Origin: Candidatus Eiseniibacteriota bacterium
Lineage (GTDB): Bacteria; Eisenbacteria; RBG-16-71-46
Direction of reading: 5' to 3'
DNA length: 64,000 nucleotides
Assembly: GCA_963744995.1 (NCBI GenBank)
Contig: CAVUWA010000001.1
Location: 1-64,000, forward strand
The notes beneath the pieces are model-generated. The model was not told where the DNA came from and did no database searches. It saw only the letters and a list, made by a program, of their open reading frames with translations. The position numbers were made by a program, and so were the translations under genes. This document shows, in pieces, positions 50,760 through 60,137 of this stretch. Each line of letters starts with the position of its first letter. The first letter of the stretch is position 1.

Positions 50760-51689
50760 CTACGTTCCGGCCAGGGCCTTCCGGATCGAGGCGGCCGCCG
50801 TCGCGCCCTGGCCGAGCGCGATGGCGATCCCCGGCACCACCGGACGGGCGATGTCGCCGGCGGCCCACACCCCCGGCATGGACGTGTGCAGCCCCGCGTC
50901 CACGCGCACGTAGCCCTCTTCGTCGCGATCGAGCGTCGTGCACCACTCGCTGTTCGGCATCTGGCCGATCTTGACGACCACGGCCGGGGTCGTGACCTCG
51001 GTCTCCCCCGCCGGCGTCGCGAAGCGCACCGCACGCACCGCGTCTTCGCCGAGGATCGCGAGCGCCTGGGCGTCGCGCAGCACGACGATTCCCGGATTCG
51101 CTTCCACGCGTTCGCGGAACGCGGCGCGGGCGTGAATCGGACCACGCACCGCGAGCGTCACGCGGCACGCCGCGTCGGCGAGCAGCAGCGCGTTCTCGAA
51201 CGCCGCATCGCCGCCGCCGATCACGACGACGTCGTGCCCGCGCAGCGTGTCGAGGTCGCGTGTCGCCGAATCCGTGACGCCGCGACCTTCGAGGGCCCGC
51301 TCGCCGGGCACCGCGAGCCGCCGCCGCCTGAGACCCGTCGCGACGACGATCGCCCGCGCCGTGAACGGCCCGGGGCCGCCCGAGGTGCGGACGCGCGCAC
51401 TCCGGCCGGCGGCGGGCGGGTCGAGCGCGACGGCTTCGACGCCCTGGACGACCTCGATCCCGGCCTCGGCGAGCTGGGCGTCGAGACGTTCCGCGACCCG
51501 CCGCCCTTTGCCTTTCGGCGCCCCCGGCAGGTTGCGCGGCTCGAAGTGGATCCGGTGCAGCTGCCCGCCCGTGCGGGCGTCACGCTCCAGCAGCAGCGGT
51601 GTGAGGTCCAGCGACGCGGTCCACAGCGCCGCCGCAGCGCCGGCCGGACCGGCGCCGACGATCAGCACGTCGGGTTCACGCCGCGGCAT
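50760..51689 (-). CDS. TrxB-like NAD(P)/FAD oxidoreductase lacking CxxC
   Basis: IVGAGPAG, VATG, GRGVTDSATRD, VIGGGDAAFE, TSMPGVWAAGD. Confidence 0.85.
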   Translation of the reverse strand: MPRREPDVLIVGAGPAGAAAALWTASLDLTPLLLERDARTGGQLHRIHFEPRNLPGAPKGKGRRVAERLDAQLAEAGIEVVQGVEAVALDPPAAGRSARVRTSGGPGPFTARAIVVATGLRRRRLAVPGERALEGRGVTDSATRDLDTLRGHDVVVIGGGDAAFENALLLADAACRVTLAVRGPIHARAAFRERVEANPGIVVLRDAQALAILGEDAVRAVRFATPAGETEVTTPAVVVKIGQMPNSEWCTTLDRDEEGYVRVDAGLHTSMPGVWAAGDIARPVVPGIAIALGQGATAAASIRKALAGT

Positions 51690-51701
51690 GGCGATCCACC
51701 G

Positions 51702-52283
51702 TCAGGGGCCCGAGCCGCCGCCCGCGGCATCGAGCGCGGCGCTCCAGCGCGGCTCCGCGAGCGCGCCGCGCACGACACGCGTCTCGATCAGGCCCGTCTT
51801 GCGGATCCCGCGCATCTCCATGCACAGATGCCGCGCTTCGAGGATCACCGCCACTCCGCGCGGCTCGGTGAGCCGTTCCAGATGGTCGGCGATCTGGGCG
51901 GTGATGCGCTCCTGAAGCTGCGGGCGGCGAGCGTACAGCTCGAGCAGCCGGGCGAGGCCGCTGATGCCGATGATCTTCTTCGCGGGCAGATAGGCGATGC
52001 GCGCGTGTCCGAAGAACGGCACCAGATGGTGCACGCAGACCGAGTGAAACGGCAGCCCGCGCGCGAGCACCAGGTCGCCTGCGCCTGCATGGGGGAACGT
52101 GGCGAGGTCGGGTTCCGCGCCCGGCGCGAGCCCGGCGAAGGCCTCTTCATAGAGGTCGACGACCCGCGACGGCGTCTGCTGGAGCTCCGGCTCGGCGGCG
52201 GGATCGAGCCCGAGCGCCCGGATCAGCTCGGCGACCGCGCGTTCCGCGGCCGGCCGGTCGGGCGCGTTGGAATGAGAGTCCAC
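51702..52283 (-). CDS. folE: GTP cyclohydrolase I (variant)
   Basis: TPSRV, SVCVHHLVPFFG, AYLP, RRPQLQER, ARHLCMEMRG; GTG start after GGAGG. Confidence 0.85.
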   Translation of the reverse strand: MDSHSNAPDRPAAERAVAELIRALGLDPAAEPELQQTPSRVVDLYEEAFAGLAPGAEPDLATFPHAGAGDLVLARGLPFHSVCVHHLVPFFGHARIAYLPAKKIIGISGLARLLELYARRPQLQERITAQIADHLERLTEPRGVAVILEARHLCMEMRGIRKTGLIETRVVRGALAEPRWSAALDAAGGGSGP

Positions 52284-52307
52284 GGGCGCCTCCGGGTGAA
52301 ATGGAAC

Positions 52308-52328
52308 GGGCCGGCTGGACGCCGGCCC
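52308..52328 (-). terminator. Hairpin 3' of tRNA-Gly
   Basis: GGGCCGGC-5 nt-GCCGGCCC followed on the minus strand by GTTCCATTT. Confidence 0.5.
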
Positions 52329-52336
52329 TCCCAAGA

Positions 52337-52412
<76 letters not shown>

Positions 52413-52570
52413 GTCGAAATCGCGCCCCTCCGGGTCGGAATGGCGGCGGCAATCGAGGCGCGCGACTATAACGAGGGGCACGGAACAGCGTCAAGCGGGG
52501 CAGCGGAAGTGCAGCTCGGGGCCGGGACCCGCCTTCGCCATGCTCGCGCGCGCCTGTACACTGCCGCGCC

Positions 52571-53773
52571 ATGGCGCTCCGGGTGCAGAAATTCGGCGGC
52601 ACGTCGGTCGAGAGCGCGGCGCGCATCGTCGAGGTCGCGCGCCGCGTCGCGGCGGCGAAGCAGGCGGGCGACGACCTGGTGGTCGTCGTCTCGGCGATGG
52701 GCCAGCAGACCGACGAGCTGATGCGCCTCGCGCGCGAGGTGTCGAAGCGCCCGAGCCGCCGCGAGCTGGACATGCTCGTCACCAGCGGCGAACGGGTCTC
52801 GATGGCGCTGCTGGCGATGGCCCTCGGCGAGCTCGACATCGAAGCGATCTCGTTCACCGGCTCGCAGAGCGGGATTCTCACCGACGGCACCCACAACGCC
52901 GCCCGCATCCGTGACGTGCGTCCCGATCGGATCCGCGTGGAGCTCGAAAAGAAGAAAGTGGTGATCGTGGCCGGCTTCCAGGGCGTGAATCCGGAAACGA
53001 AGGAGATCACCACGCTCGGGCGCGGCGGCTCCGACACCACCGCCGTGGCGCTCGCCGCCGTGCTCGGCGCCAGCCGCTGCGAGGTCTACAAGGACGTCCC
53101 CGGCGTGATGACCGCCGACCCGCGGATCGTCCCTGCCGCGCGCAGCATCCCGCGCCTCGCCTACCGCCTGTGCTCGGCGCTCGCCCATCTGGGCGGCCAG
53201 ATCCTCCACGCGCGCTGCGTGGACCTCGCCGCCACCCGTCGCGTCACGCTGATCGTCGGTTCGTCGTTCAGCGACGATCCCGGCACCCTGATCGAGGAGA
53301 TCCCCATGGAAAGCGGCAAGGTGGAAGCCATCGCACAGCAGCCGCACCGCTCGGTCGCGATCGCCGAAGGCAACTCCGGCGCGCGCGGCGAGGCGCGCGG
53401 CATCATCGAGGCCGTGACGGCCGAGCATCCCACGCTCGAGCTGCTCGCCCATGAGCAGGAAGGCGGCGTGCACGACGCGCTGGTGTGGACCGGTCCGCGC
53501 GACGCGATCGAGGAGCTGGTCGCCGGATTCCGCGCGCTGCGCGGCCCGGGCGGCGAATGGCGGATCTCCGCACAGCACGATTCGTCGTTCGTGTCGGCGG
53601 TCGGCATCGGCCTCGGCCCCGCCGAGGTCGTGAAGGCCGAAGCTGCGCTCGAGCGCGCGAGCGTGACGCTCATCGCGATGCGGGTCGCGCCGACCGCACT
53701 GATCTTCAGGGTGCCGGGAGATCAGGGGGATGCCGCGGCGCGGGCGCTGCACGGGGCGTTTCTGGAGGGCTGA
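52571..53773 (+). CDS. lysC: Aspartate kinase (alpha chain)
   Basis: [53 protein letters not shown]. Confidence 0.92.
   Translation: MALRVQKFGGTSVESAARIVEVARRVAAAKQAGDDLVVVVSAMGQQTDELMRLAREVSKRPSRRELDMLVTSGERVSMALLAMALGELDIEAISFTGSQSGILTDGTHNAARIRDVRPDRIRVELEKKKVVIVAGFQGVNPETKEITTLGRGGSDTTAVALAAVLGASRCEVYKDVPGVMTADPRIVPAARSIPRLAYRLCSALAHLGGQILHARCVDLAATRRVTLIVGSSFSDDPGTLIEEIPMESGKVEAIAQQPHRSVAIAEGNSGARGEARGIIEAVTAEHPTLELLAHEQEGGVHDALVWTGPRDAIEELVAGFRALRGPGGEWRISAQHDSSFVSAVGIGLGPAEVVKAEAALERASVTLIAMRVAPTALIFRVPGDQGDAAARALHGAFLEG
53306..53773 (+). CDS. Putative aspartate kinase beta subunit from an in-frame internal start
   Basis: GAGGAG-6 nt-ATG in frame at the kinase/ACT boundary ([11 protein letters not shown]). 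Confidence 0.55.
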   Translation: MESGKVEAIAQQPHRSVAIAEGNSGARGEARGIIEAVTAEHPTLELLAHEQEGGVHDALVWTGPRDAIEELVAGFRALRGPGGEWRISAQHDSSFVSAVGIGLGPAEVVKAEAALERASVTLIAMRVAPTALIFRVPGDQGDAAARALHGAFLEG

Positions 53774-53991
53774 CTCGCACCGCCGTGCGCCTCGCGTGCA
53801 GGCGCCGCGTCCATCCGCACTCCGCCGGCCCGCAGCGGCGGCCGCAGGCGCGCGCTCCCGCCCGGGCCCCGCGGGATCAGCGGACCAGCTCGATGCACGT
53901 GCCGAACAGCCGTCGACCGAAACGTGGAGGATGGCGCGCCGCCGCGCGCGGGAACGCCCGCCGCGCCTCGGCCAGGCACGGCACCGCCCCC

Positions 53992-55533
53992 CTACCCCTC
54001 CGCCCGCACGCTCTCCATGGTCGGCACGAAGCCGCCGGCGATCCTCGCGCGCGCGTCGCGGTAGAGCGCGTCGTAGCGCTCGGCGCTCCTGGCCCACGAG
54101 AAGTCGCGGGCCATGCCGTTCTTCTGGAGCCGCTCCCACAGAGCCGGCTGGTGGTGGATCGAGATCGCCCGCCGCACCGCGGCGACCATCTCCTCGGCGT
54201 CGTATTCGTCGAAGCGGAAGCCGGTGCCGGTGCCCTTCATGGGATCGAACTCTTCGACCGTGTCCGCGAGCCCGCCCACGGCCCGCACCACCGGAGCCGT
54301 GCCGTAGCGCTGGCTGTACATCTGATTGAGACCGCACGGCTCGTAGCGCGACGGCATGAGGAACATGTCGGCGCCCGCGCCGATCAGGTGCGCGAAACGT
54401 TCGTCAAATGCGTTGCGGTAGTAGACGCGTCCGGGGTTCGCCTCGGCGAGACGGTGCAGGAACATCTCGTAGCGCGGCTCGCCCGACCCCTGCACGACGA
54501 GCCGCGCCGGCAGCTCCAGTCCCTGCTGCGCGGCCTGCTCCATCAGGTCCAGGCCCTTCTGCTCGGCGAGCCGCGTCACCATGCCGACGACCGGGGTCTC
54601 GTCGTTCGCGTCCCAGCCGGCCTCTTCGACCAGCGCGGCACGACACTCGCGCTTGCCGGCGAGATCGCCGGCGTCGTAGTGCGCCGGCAGGTATGGGTCG
54701 GTCGCGGGATTCCAGACGTCCACGTCGATGCCGTTCAGGATCCCCTGCAGGTCGCGGCCCCGCCGCCTCAGCACGCCCTCGAGCCCGGCGCCGAACTCGG
54801 GGCTCGACTGGATCTCCTTCGCGTAGCGCGGGCTGACGGTGGTGAGCACGTCGGCGAAGACGAGCCCGACCTTCATGAAGTTCACGCGGCCCCAGTACTC
54901 GAACGGGCTCGCCGGGTAGAACAGCTCGCGGCTGAAGCCGGCGAGCCCCAGGACGAATGCGTCGGCGATGCCCTGGTAGCCCATGTTGTGCAGGGTGAAC
55001 ACGGTCGCGGCGCCCTGGAACGCGCGCTCGTGTGCGTCGTGCGTGCGCAGGAAGCAGGGCACCCAGGCCGCCTGATGGTCGTGCGCGTGCAGCACGTCCA
55101 CCCGGAAGCCGAGGCGCTTGAGGCCCTCCAGCGCCGCGCGACAGAAGAACAGGAAGCGCTCGGCGTTGTCCGGGTAGCCGTGACCGAGATTGGGATCGTC
55201 GTAGACGCCGGGCCGGTCGAAGAAGCGGCGCGCGCCTTCGTGGCGCACCAGCAGCACGCGCGGGCCCTCGCCGGCGGGCTCGATCAGCTCGAACGACGCG
55301 GGCTCGTGCCCGACCCCCCACGGGACCCGGGCCGCTTCCAGGCCGCGCACGCGCGCGCCTTCGGGCAGTTCGAGGTCGCGGTAGCCGGGCAGGACCACCG
55401 TGACCTCGTCGCCGCGCCGCGCCTGCTCGGCGGCGAGCGCGGCAACCATGTCGGCGAGCCCGCCGACCTTCGCCAGCGGGGCGAATTCGCTCGAAACGTG
55501 AACCACGTGCTGCGGGCGTCCGTTCTCAGTCAT
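53992..55533 (-). CDS. glgA: Glycogen synthase
   Basis: SEFAPLAKVGGLADM, HAHDHQ, TVSPRYA.EI, GILNGID, RLAEQKG, PSRYEPCGLNQ, GGLADTV. Confidence 0.95.
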   Translation of the reverse strand: MTENGRPQHVVHVSSEFAPLAKVGGLADMVAALAAEQARRGDEVTVVLPGYRDLELPEGARVRGLEAARVPWGVGHEPASFELIEPAGEGPRVLLVRHEGARRFFDRPGVYDDPNLGHGYPDNAERFLFFCRAALEGLKRLGFRVDVLHAHDHQAAWVPCFLRTHDAHERAFQGAATVFTLHNMGYQGIADAFVLGLAGFSRELFYPASPFEYWGRVNFMKVGLVFADVLTTVSPRYAKEIQSSPEFGAGLEGVLRRRGRDLQGILNGIDVDVWNPATDPYLPAHYDAGDLAGKRECRAALVEEAGWDANDETPVVGMVTRLAEQKGLDLMEQAAQQGLELPARLVVQGSGEPRYEMFLHRLAEANPGRVYYRNAFDERFAHLIGAGADMFLMPSRYEPCGLNQMYSQRYGTAPVVRAVGGLADTVEEFDPMKGTGTGFRFDEYDAEEMVAAVRRAISIHHQPALWERLQKNGMARDFSWARSAERYDALYRDARARIAGGFVPTMESVRAEG

Positions 55534-56539
55534 CGACCGTGACTTCCCGGAGGTACCTGGCGGCATCCTCCGGCGGCGTCGGGTTGATGTAGAACCCCGA
55601 GCCGATTTCGAAGCCCGCGACCCGCGTCACCTTGGGGGCGATCTCGAGATGCCAGTGGTAGTAGTCCGACGCGCCGTCGCCGACGGGCGCGGTATGCAGG
55701 ACGAAGTTGTAGGGCGGCCTCGACAGCGCGAGATTCAGACGCTGCAGGGTATCCTTCAGCACGCTGGCCAGTTCGAGCATCGGAGTGCCCTCACCGAGCG
55801 TGTGGAAGTTGGCCGCGTGTTTGCGCGGCAGGATCCACGTCTCGAACGGGAAGCGCGGGGCGAACGGCTCGATCGCGAGAAACCGCTCCGTCTTCAGCAC
55901 GACGCGGCTCATTTCCGGGGCGGCCAGCTCCTGCTGCACGATGTCGCAGAACACGCAGCGCTCCTTGAGCTCGAAGTAGCGCCGCGCGCCGGTCAGTTCC
56001 TCATCGATGTTCCTGGGGATGATCGGCATGGCGATCAGCTGGCTGTGCGGGTGTTCCAGCGTGGCCCCGGCACGCTCGCCGTAGTTCTTGAAGATCAGGA
56101 CGTAGCGCAGACGCGGGTCGCGATTCAGATCGACCAGCCTGTGGCGGAAGGCGTCGAGCACCCTGGCGATGTGATCCGCAGGCAGGTCGGGCAGGTCGAG
56201 CGTATGCGAGGGGCTCTCGATGAAGACCTCGTGCGCACCCACGCCGTTCATGAGGTCGTACAGGCCCTCGCCGCGACGCTCGAGATCACCCTCGATCTGC
56301 AGTGCCGGGAACTTGTTGGGCACGACGCGCACGTCCCATGCGGCGGACCCCGGCTCGGTGCCGTCCGGGCGCGCCACGTAGACCTCGGGTGGGGTCTTGT
56401 CCTCATGGCCCGGGCAGAACGGGCAGAACGCCGCTGGCTGCTGTGTCGAGACAGGCGCGAAGTTGGTCGGACGGCGACTGCGCTCGGTGGCGATGATCAC
56501 CCAGCGCCCGACGACCGGATCCTTCCGGAGCTGCGGCAA
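55526..56539 (-). CDS. galT: GalT-like hexose-1-phosphate nucleotidyltransferase
   Basis: TTG start after GAGGAGG; LRKDPVVGRWVII..RSRRP, CPFCPG.E, NKFPAL, GATLEHPHSQ, HWHLEI, GFEIGSG. Confidence 0.9.
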   Translation of the reverse strand: MPQLRKDPVVGRWVIIATERSRRPTNFAPVSTQQPAAFCPFCPGHEDKTPPEVYVARPDGTEPGSAAWDVRVVPNKFPALQIEGDLERRGEGLYDLMNGVGAHEVFIESPSHTLDLPDLPADHIARVLDAFRHRLVDLNRDPRLRYVLIFKNYGERAGATLEHPHSQLIAMPIIPRNIDEELTGARRYFELKERCVFCDIVQQELAAPEMSRVVLKTERFLAIEPFAPRFPFETWILPRKHAANFHTLGEGTPMLELASVLKDTLQRLNLALSRPPYNFVLHTAPVGDGASDYYHWHLEIAPKVTRVAGFEIGSGFYINPTPPEDAARYLREVTVDD

Positions 56540-56777
56540 CGGGCCTCCTCGGCAAGGGAACGCAAAACGAAGCCCGGCCGTGACCGACCGGGGCAACGAG
56601 CGGCGGGAAGTCTAGGAACCCCCCGGGATTCGGTCAAGACGGCCCGGCCGGCGACATCCCCCGTGCGCCCCGCGGCACCGGAGCGCGCACCGAGAACGGC
56701 TTCTCCGGAAAGGGGTTGGTCCCGCCGCGTCCCGCCGGAGGGGCCGCGGGGCCCGGGCCCGGCGGGCGGGCGGGGCG

Positions 56778-58019
56778 TCAGGGGCGCTCGTGGGCGAGCC
56801 GGGAGCGGGCGGGCGACGACACCTCGAACAGCGCTCGAAGCGCCTCGCGTTCGGGCGCCTCCAGCGTCACGCCGCGCCGCGACATCGCCATCGCCGCCGT
56901 GGCGAGGAAGGCGTCGAGCCGGTGCTCGCCGAGCGTCTCGCCGTCCCACCACGCGAAAGCCGGCACGTGCTTCGGCGCGAAGCGGCCGCCGCCGAACAGG
57001 TTGGATCCCGTGCCGATCCACGCACCGGTCGCGAGCAGGCTGCCGATCCCGGTCTTCACGTGGGCGCCGATCAGCGCGCCCAGCTTGCGCACGCCGGTCG
57101 CGATCTCGGCCTCCGCGCTGCGCACACGCACGATGCCGTAGTTGTTCTTGAGATCGCTGGTGGTGGTGAGCGCACCGAGGTTCACCCACTCGCCAATCAC
57201 CGAGTGCCCGACGAAGCCGTGGTGCCGCTTGTTGGAGCGGCCCTGCCAGACGCAGTCCTCGACTTCGCCGGCGATGCGGCAGTCGGGGCCGATCGTCGAA
57301 CGGCCGACGAGCCCGCCGAGCAGCTGCGTGTTCGCACCGATCACGCACGGCCCCCTGACCCACGTGTGCGGCTGCACGATCGCACCGGTCTCGATGCGCA
57401 CCGGGCCTTCGCGCGCGTCGACCAGCGCCAGCGCATCCACACGCGCGCCGGCCGCGATCGAGACACGCTGCGGCGCTTCGATCACCGCACGTGGATGCAC
57501 CTCGCCCTCGATCGTTCCGGCCGCCGCTTCGAGATCGCCGGCCAGCGCCTCCGGGTTCCATTCGACGATCCGCCACGGCCGTTCGATCACGCGTGCGCCA
57601 ATTTCGATCTCGGGCAGGCCGAGCCCGCGCAGAAAGGCCTCGTAGTCCGCGCCGCAGCCCCGGCCTGCGGCCAGCGTCGCCGCCGGTGCCAGCGCACCTG
57701 CGACCCGCCCGCCGGTGACGAACAGAGCGTCCGCCTGCGAGGCCAGCATCGACTCGTCGGGCAGCACCGCGGCGTTCGCGGCCAGCACCTTCCCCGCCCC
57801 CGGCGCCGTGACCGCGGGACGGTCGCGCCACGCCGCGAGCGCGTTCGCGCGCACCTCGATGCCGGCGAGCGGCGCGCCGCTCGCGCGTACCCAGCGCGCA
57901 CCGAGGGTCGAGTCGCCGAACGCCAGCGCCGGCACCGGCAGCAGGTCGGTGAGCGGTGCGAGCTCGGCGGCGCGGCCGTCCTCGAACAGCACCAGCCCCG
58001 CGGGTGCGGAGCGCGTCAC
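56778..58019 (-). CDS. GlmU-like putative sugar nucleotidyl/acyltransferase (left-handed beta-helix)
   Basis: L.PLT, hexapeptide repeats, NKRHHGFVGHSVIGEWVNLGA.TT.SDLKNNYG, IGAHVKTGI. Confidence 0.85.
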   Translation of the reverse strand: MTRSAPAGLVLFEDGRAAELAPLTDLLPVPALAFGDSTLGARWVRASGAPLAGIEVRANALAAWRDRPAVTAPGAGKVLAANAAVLPDESMLASQADALFVTGGRVAGALAPAATLAAGRGCGADYEAFLRGLGLPEIEIGARVIERPWRIVEWNPEALAGDLEAAAGTIEGEVHPRAVIEAPQRVSIAAGARVDALALVDAREGPVRIETGAIVQPHTWVRGPCVIGANTQLLGGLVGRSTIGPDCRIAGEVEDCVWQGRSNKRHHGFVGHSVIGEWVNLGALTTTSDLKNNYGIVRVRSAEAEIATGVRKLGALIGAHVKTGIGSLLATGAWIGTGSNLFGGGRFAPKHVPAFAWWDGETLGEHRLDAFLATAAMAMSRRGVTLEAPEREALRALFEVSSPARSRLAHERP

Positions 58020-59011
58020 GGCTTTCTCACGAAGCGGAAGGCGCCCTTGAATCCGGTTTCCTCGGCACGTCCCCTGAGGCGCGTCGCGGTGGCGCCGTTC
58101 AGACAATCACGGGTCCGCACCTTGAAGAGACCCTGCTCCTTCTCGACGACCATCGGCACGAGCAGCAGCGATGCGGCCGCCGCGCGCAACTGCTCCGCGC
58201 GGTCGGCCTCTTCGGGCGCGGCGACCTGCACGCGCCAGCACGTGTCGGGCGCCGCCGCGGCCGCGGAATCCGCGCCGCCTGCGGTCGTCGCTCCCGGTGC
58301 AGCAGCGGGTGCCCTGCTGCCCGCCGGAGCCGTGCCGGCCGCGGGCGCGGCGGGGGCCGGGCCACCGGCATGCGCCGCGGAATCGGCAACGGCGTGCACG
58401 ACGCTGTCCGGGAGCGTGGGAATCGCCGATGGCCGGCGTTGCCCGAGCGGCAGGGTCGGCTCCGGAACCGGCACCGCACCCGTGCCCGCGGCCACGCTGT
58501 CAGCCGTCACGGCCGCGGCGCCGGCGGCGGCCAGCGAGTCGCGCATGCCGGCGCCCGGCGTGGCGTCACGGGCCGGGTAGCGTTGCTGGACTTCTGCGGG
58601 CGGCGCCACTCGCTCGCCCGCGGCGAGCGGTTCGGGAATCGTGGCGAGCACGTCGCGCGCCTCGGGCGACGGCCCGCTGTCGACCACCGCCGGAGCCGGA
58701 TGCCGCGCGACGATGTGGCCGCCCGACGCCGTGCTGCCGACCACCTGGCCCGGCTCGGGCACCGGAACGGGCGCCGGCACCGGCACGTCGTCGGCGCCGG
58801 CGTTGGCGGGATTCACGGCCTCGGGCGCGAGCGCCCGGCGGGCGGTGTCCGCCGCCGCAGTGCGCGCCGCCTCCTGAGCGGCGCGGGTCGGAACGAGGCC
58901 TCCGCCGTCGCCGCTGCCGACGGTGGCGCAACCACCCAGGGCGAGCGCCGCGAGCGCCAGCCACGCGAAGCGGCCCGCCCGCACGGGGCCGCCGCTCGAC
59001 GATGCGTTCAT
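58016..59011 (-). CDS. SPOR-domain lipoprotein with Ala/Pro-rich linker
   Basis: LALGGC lipobox; C-terminal WRVQVAA..A..L..FKVR..A..LR..GF.GAF. Confidence 0.8.
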   Translation of the reverse strand: MNASSSGGPVRAGRFAWLALAALALGGCATVGSGDGGGLVPTRAAQEAARTAAADTARRALAPEAVNPANAGADDVPVPAPVPVPEPGQVVGSTASGGHIVARHPAPAVVDSGPSPEARDVLATIPEPLAAGERVAPPAEVQQRYPARDATPGAGMRDSLAAAGAAAVTADSVAAGTGAVPVPEPTLPLGQRRPSAIPTLPDSVVHAVADSAAHAGGPAPAAPAAGTAPAGSRAPAAAPGATTAGGADSAAAAAPDTCWRVQVAAPEEADRAEQLRAAAASLLLVPMVVEKEQGLFKVRTRDCLNGATATRLRGRAEETGFKGAFRFVRKP

Positions 59012-60063
59012 GATCGATTCCTTTCCTTCACGGCGTCGCTGATGCGGCGCACGTCCTGTGAGGCCGCCACCGGGCAGGTGAGCGTGGCGCCGTTCATGTG
59101 CACGACGATCATCCCGGAGAGTCCGAGCGCCGCGGCCGTGCCGCCCTCGCCGACGACGATACAGTCGTCGCAGTCGATGGCGAGCGTGTCGCCGACGCAG
59201 ACGTTGCCGCGCGCGTCACGGTCGCGGGTGCGGGCCCAGGCCGTCCAGGAGCCGAGGTCGTCCCAGTCGAACGTGGCCTCGAGCACCAGCGCGTTCGGCG
59301 CCGTCTCGAGCACCGCGTAGTCCACGGAGATCTTCTCGAGATCCGGAAAGACGCCTTCGAGCGCGCGCGCAAAGCCCGCATCGCCGCCTTCCCAGGCGAG
59401 GCGCTTCAGTGCCCGCCCGAGCGCCGGGCGCCCGGCTTCGAGCGCGTCCAGGAAGGTGCGTGCGCGCCAGACGAACATGCCGGTGTTCCACACGTAGTCG
59501 CCGGCTGCGACCCAGGCCCGGGCGCGCTCGGCGTCCGGCTTCTCGGTGAACGCGGCGACGCGGAAGAGCTGCGCGCCGAGGCCCGCGCCGCGGCGGATGT
59601 AGCCGAAGTTGGTCTCGGGCACGGAGGGACGGATGCCGAACGTGAGCAGCACCGGCTCGCGCTCGGCGACGCTGAACGCGCGTTCGAAGTCGCGGGCGAA
59701 CGCGTCGACGTCCTCGATCAGATGATCGGAAGGCAGCACCGCGAACGCCGGGTCGCCGTCCCCGGCAGCGAACAGGGCCGCCGCCGCACCGATCGCCGGC
59801 GCCGTATTGCGCCCGACCGGCTCGCCGATCACGCGCACCCCGGCCGGGCACTCGCGTCCGACCGCATCCACGAGATCCGCCGCGGTGAGCACCACGATCC
59901 GCTCCGCAGCCGCGATGCGGCACGCGCGCTCGAGCGTCGCGGCGAGCAGCGTCCGTCCGTCGCGAGCGAGCGGCAGCAGCTGCTTGGGACGGTCCGGTCG
60001 GCTCCAGGGCCAGAACCGCTCGCCGCGGCCGCCGGCGAGCACCAGCACGTAACGATCGGGCAT
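59008..60063 (-). CDS. manC: Mannose-1-phosphate guanylyltransferase
   Basis: LAGGRGERFWPWSR...PKQLL, EPVGRNTAPA, PSDH, FTEKP, WNTGMF, ISVDYAVLE, WDDLGSW. Confidence 0.93.
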   Translation of the reverse strand: MPDRYVLVLAGGRGERFWPWSRPDRPKQLLPLARDGRTLLAATLERACRIAAAERIVVLTAADLVDAVGRECPAGVRVIGEPVGRNTAPAIGAAAALFAAGDGDPAFAVLPSDHLIEDVDAFARDFERAFSVAEREPVLLTFGIRPSVPETNFGYIRRGAGLGAQLFRVAAFTEKPDAERARAWVAAGDYVWNTGMFVWRARTFLDALEAGRPALGRALKRLAWEGGDAGFARALEGVFPDLEKISVDYAVLETAPNALVLEATFDWDDLGSWTAWARTRDRDARGNVCVGDTLAIDCDDCIVVGEGGTAAALGLSGMIVVHMNGATLTCPVAASQDVRRISDAVKERNRS

Positions 60064-60137
60064 CGGTGGTGAACGCTCCTGTGAATGGGCGACAGCACTA
60101 GCACACGCTCCACCGGCCGACAAGAGCCGGCGGTGGA

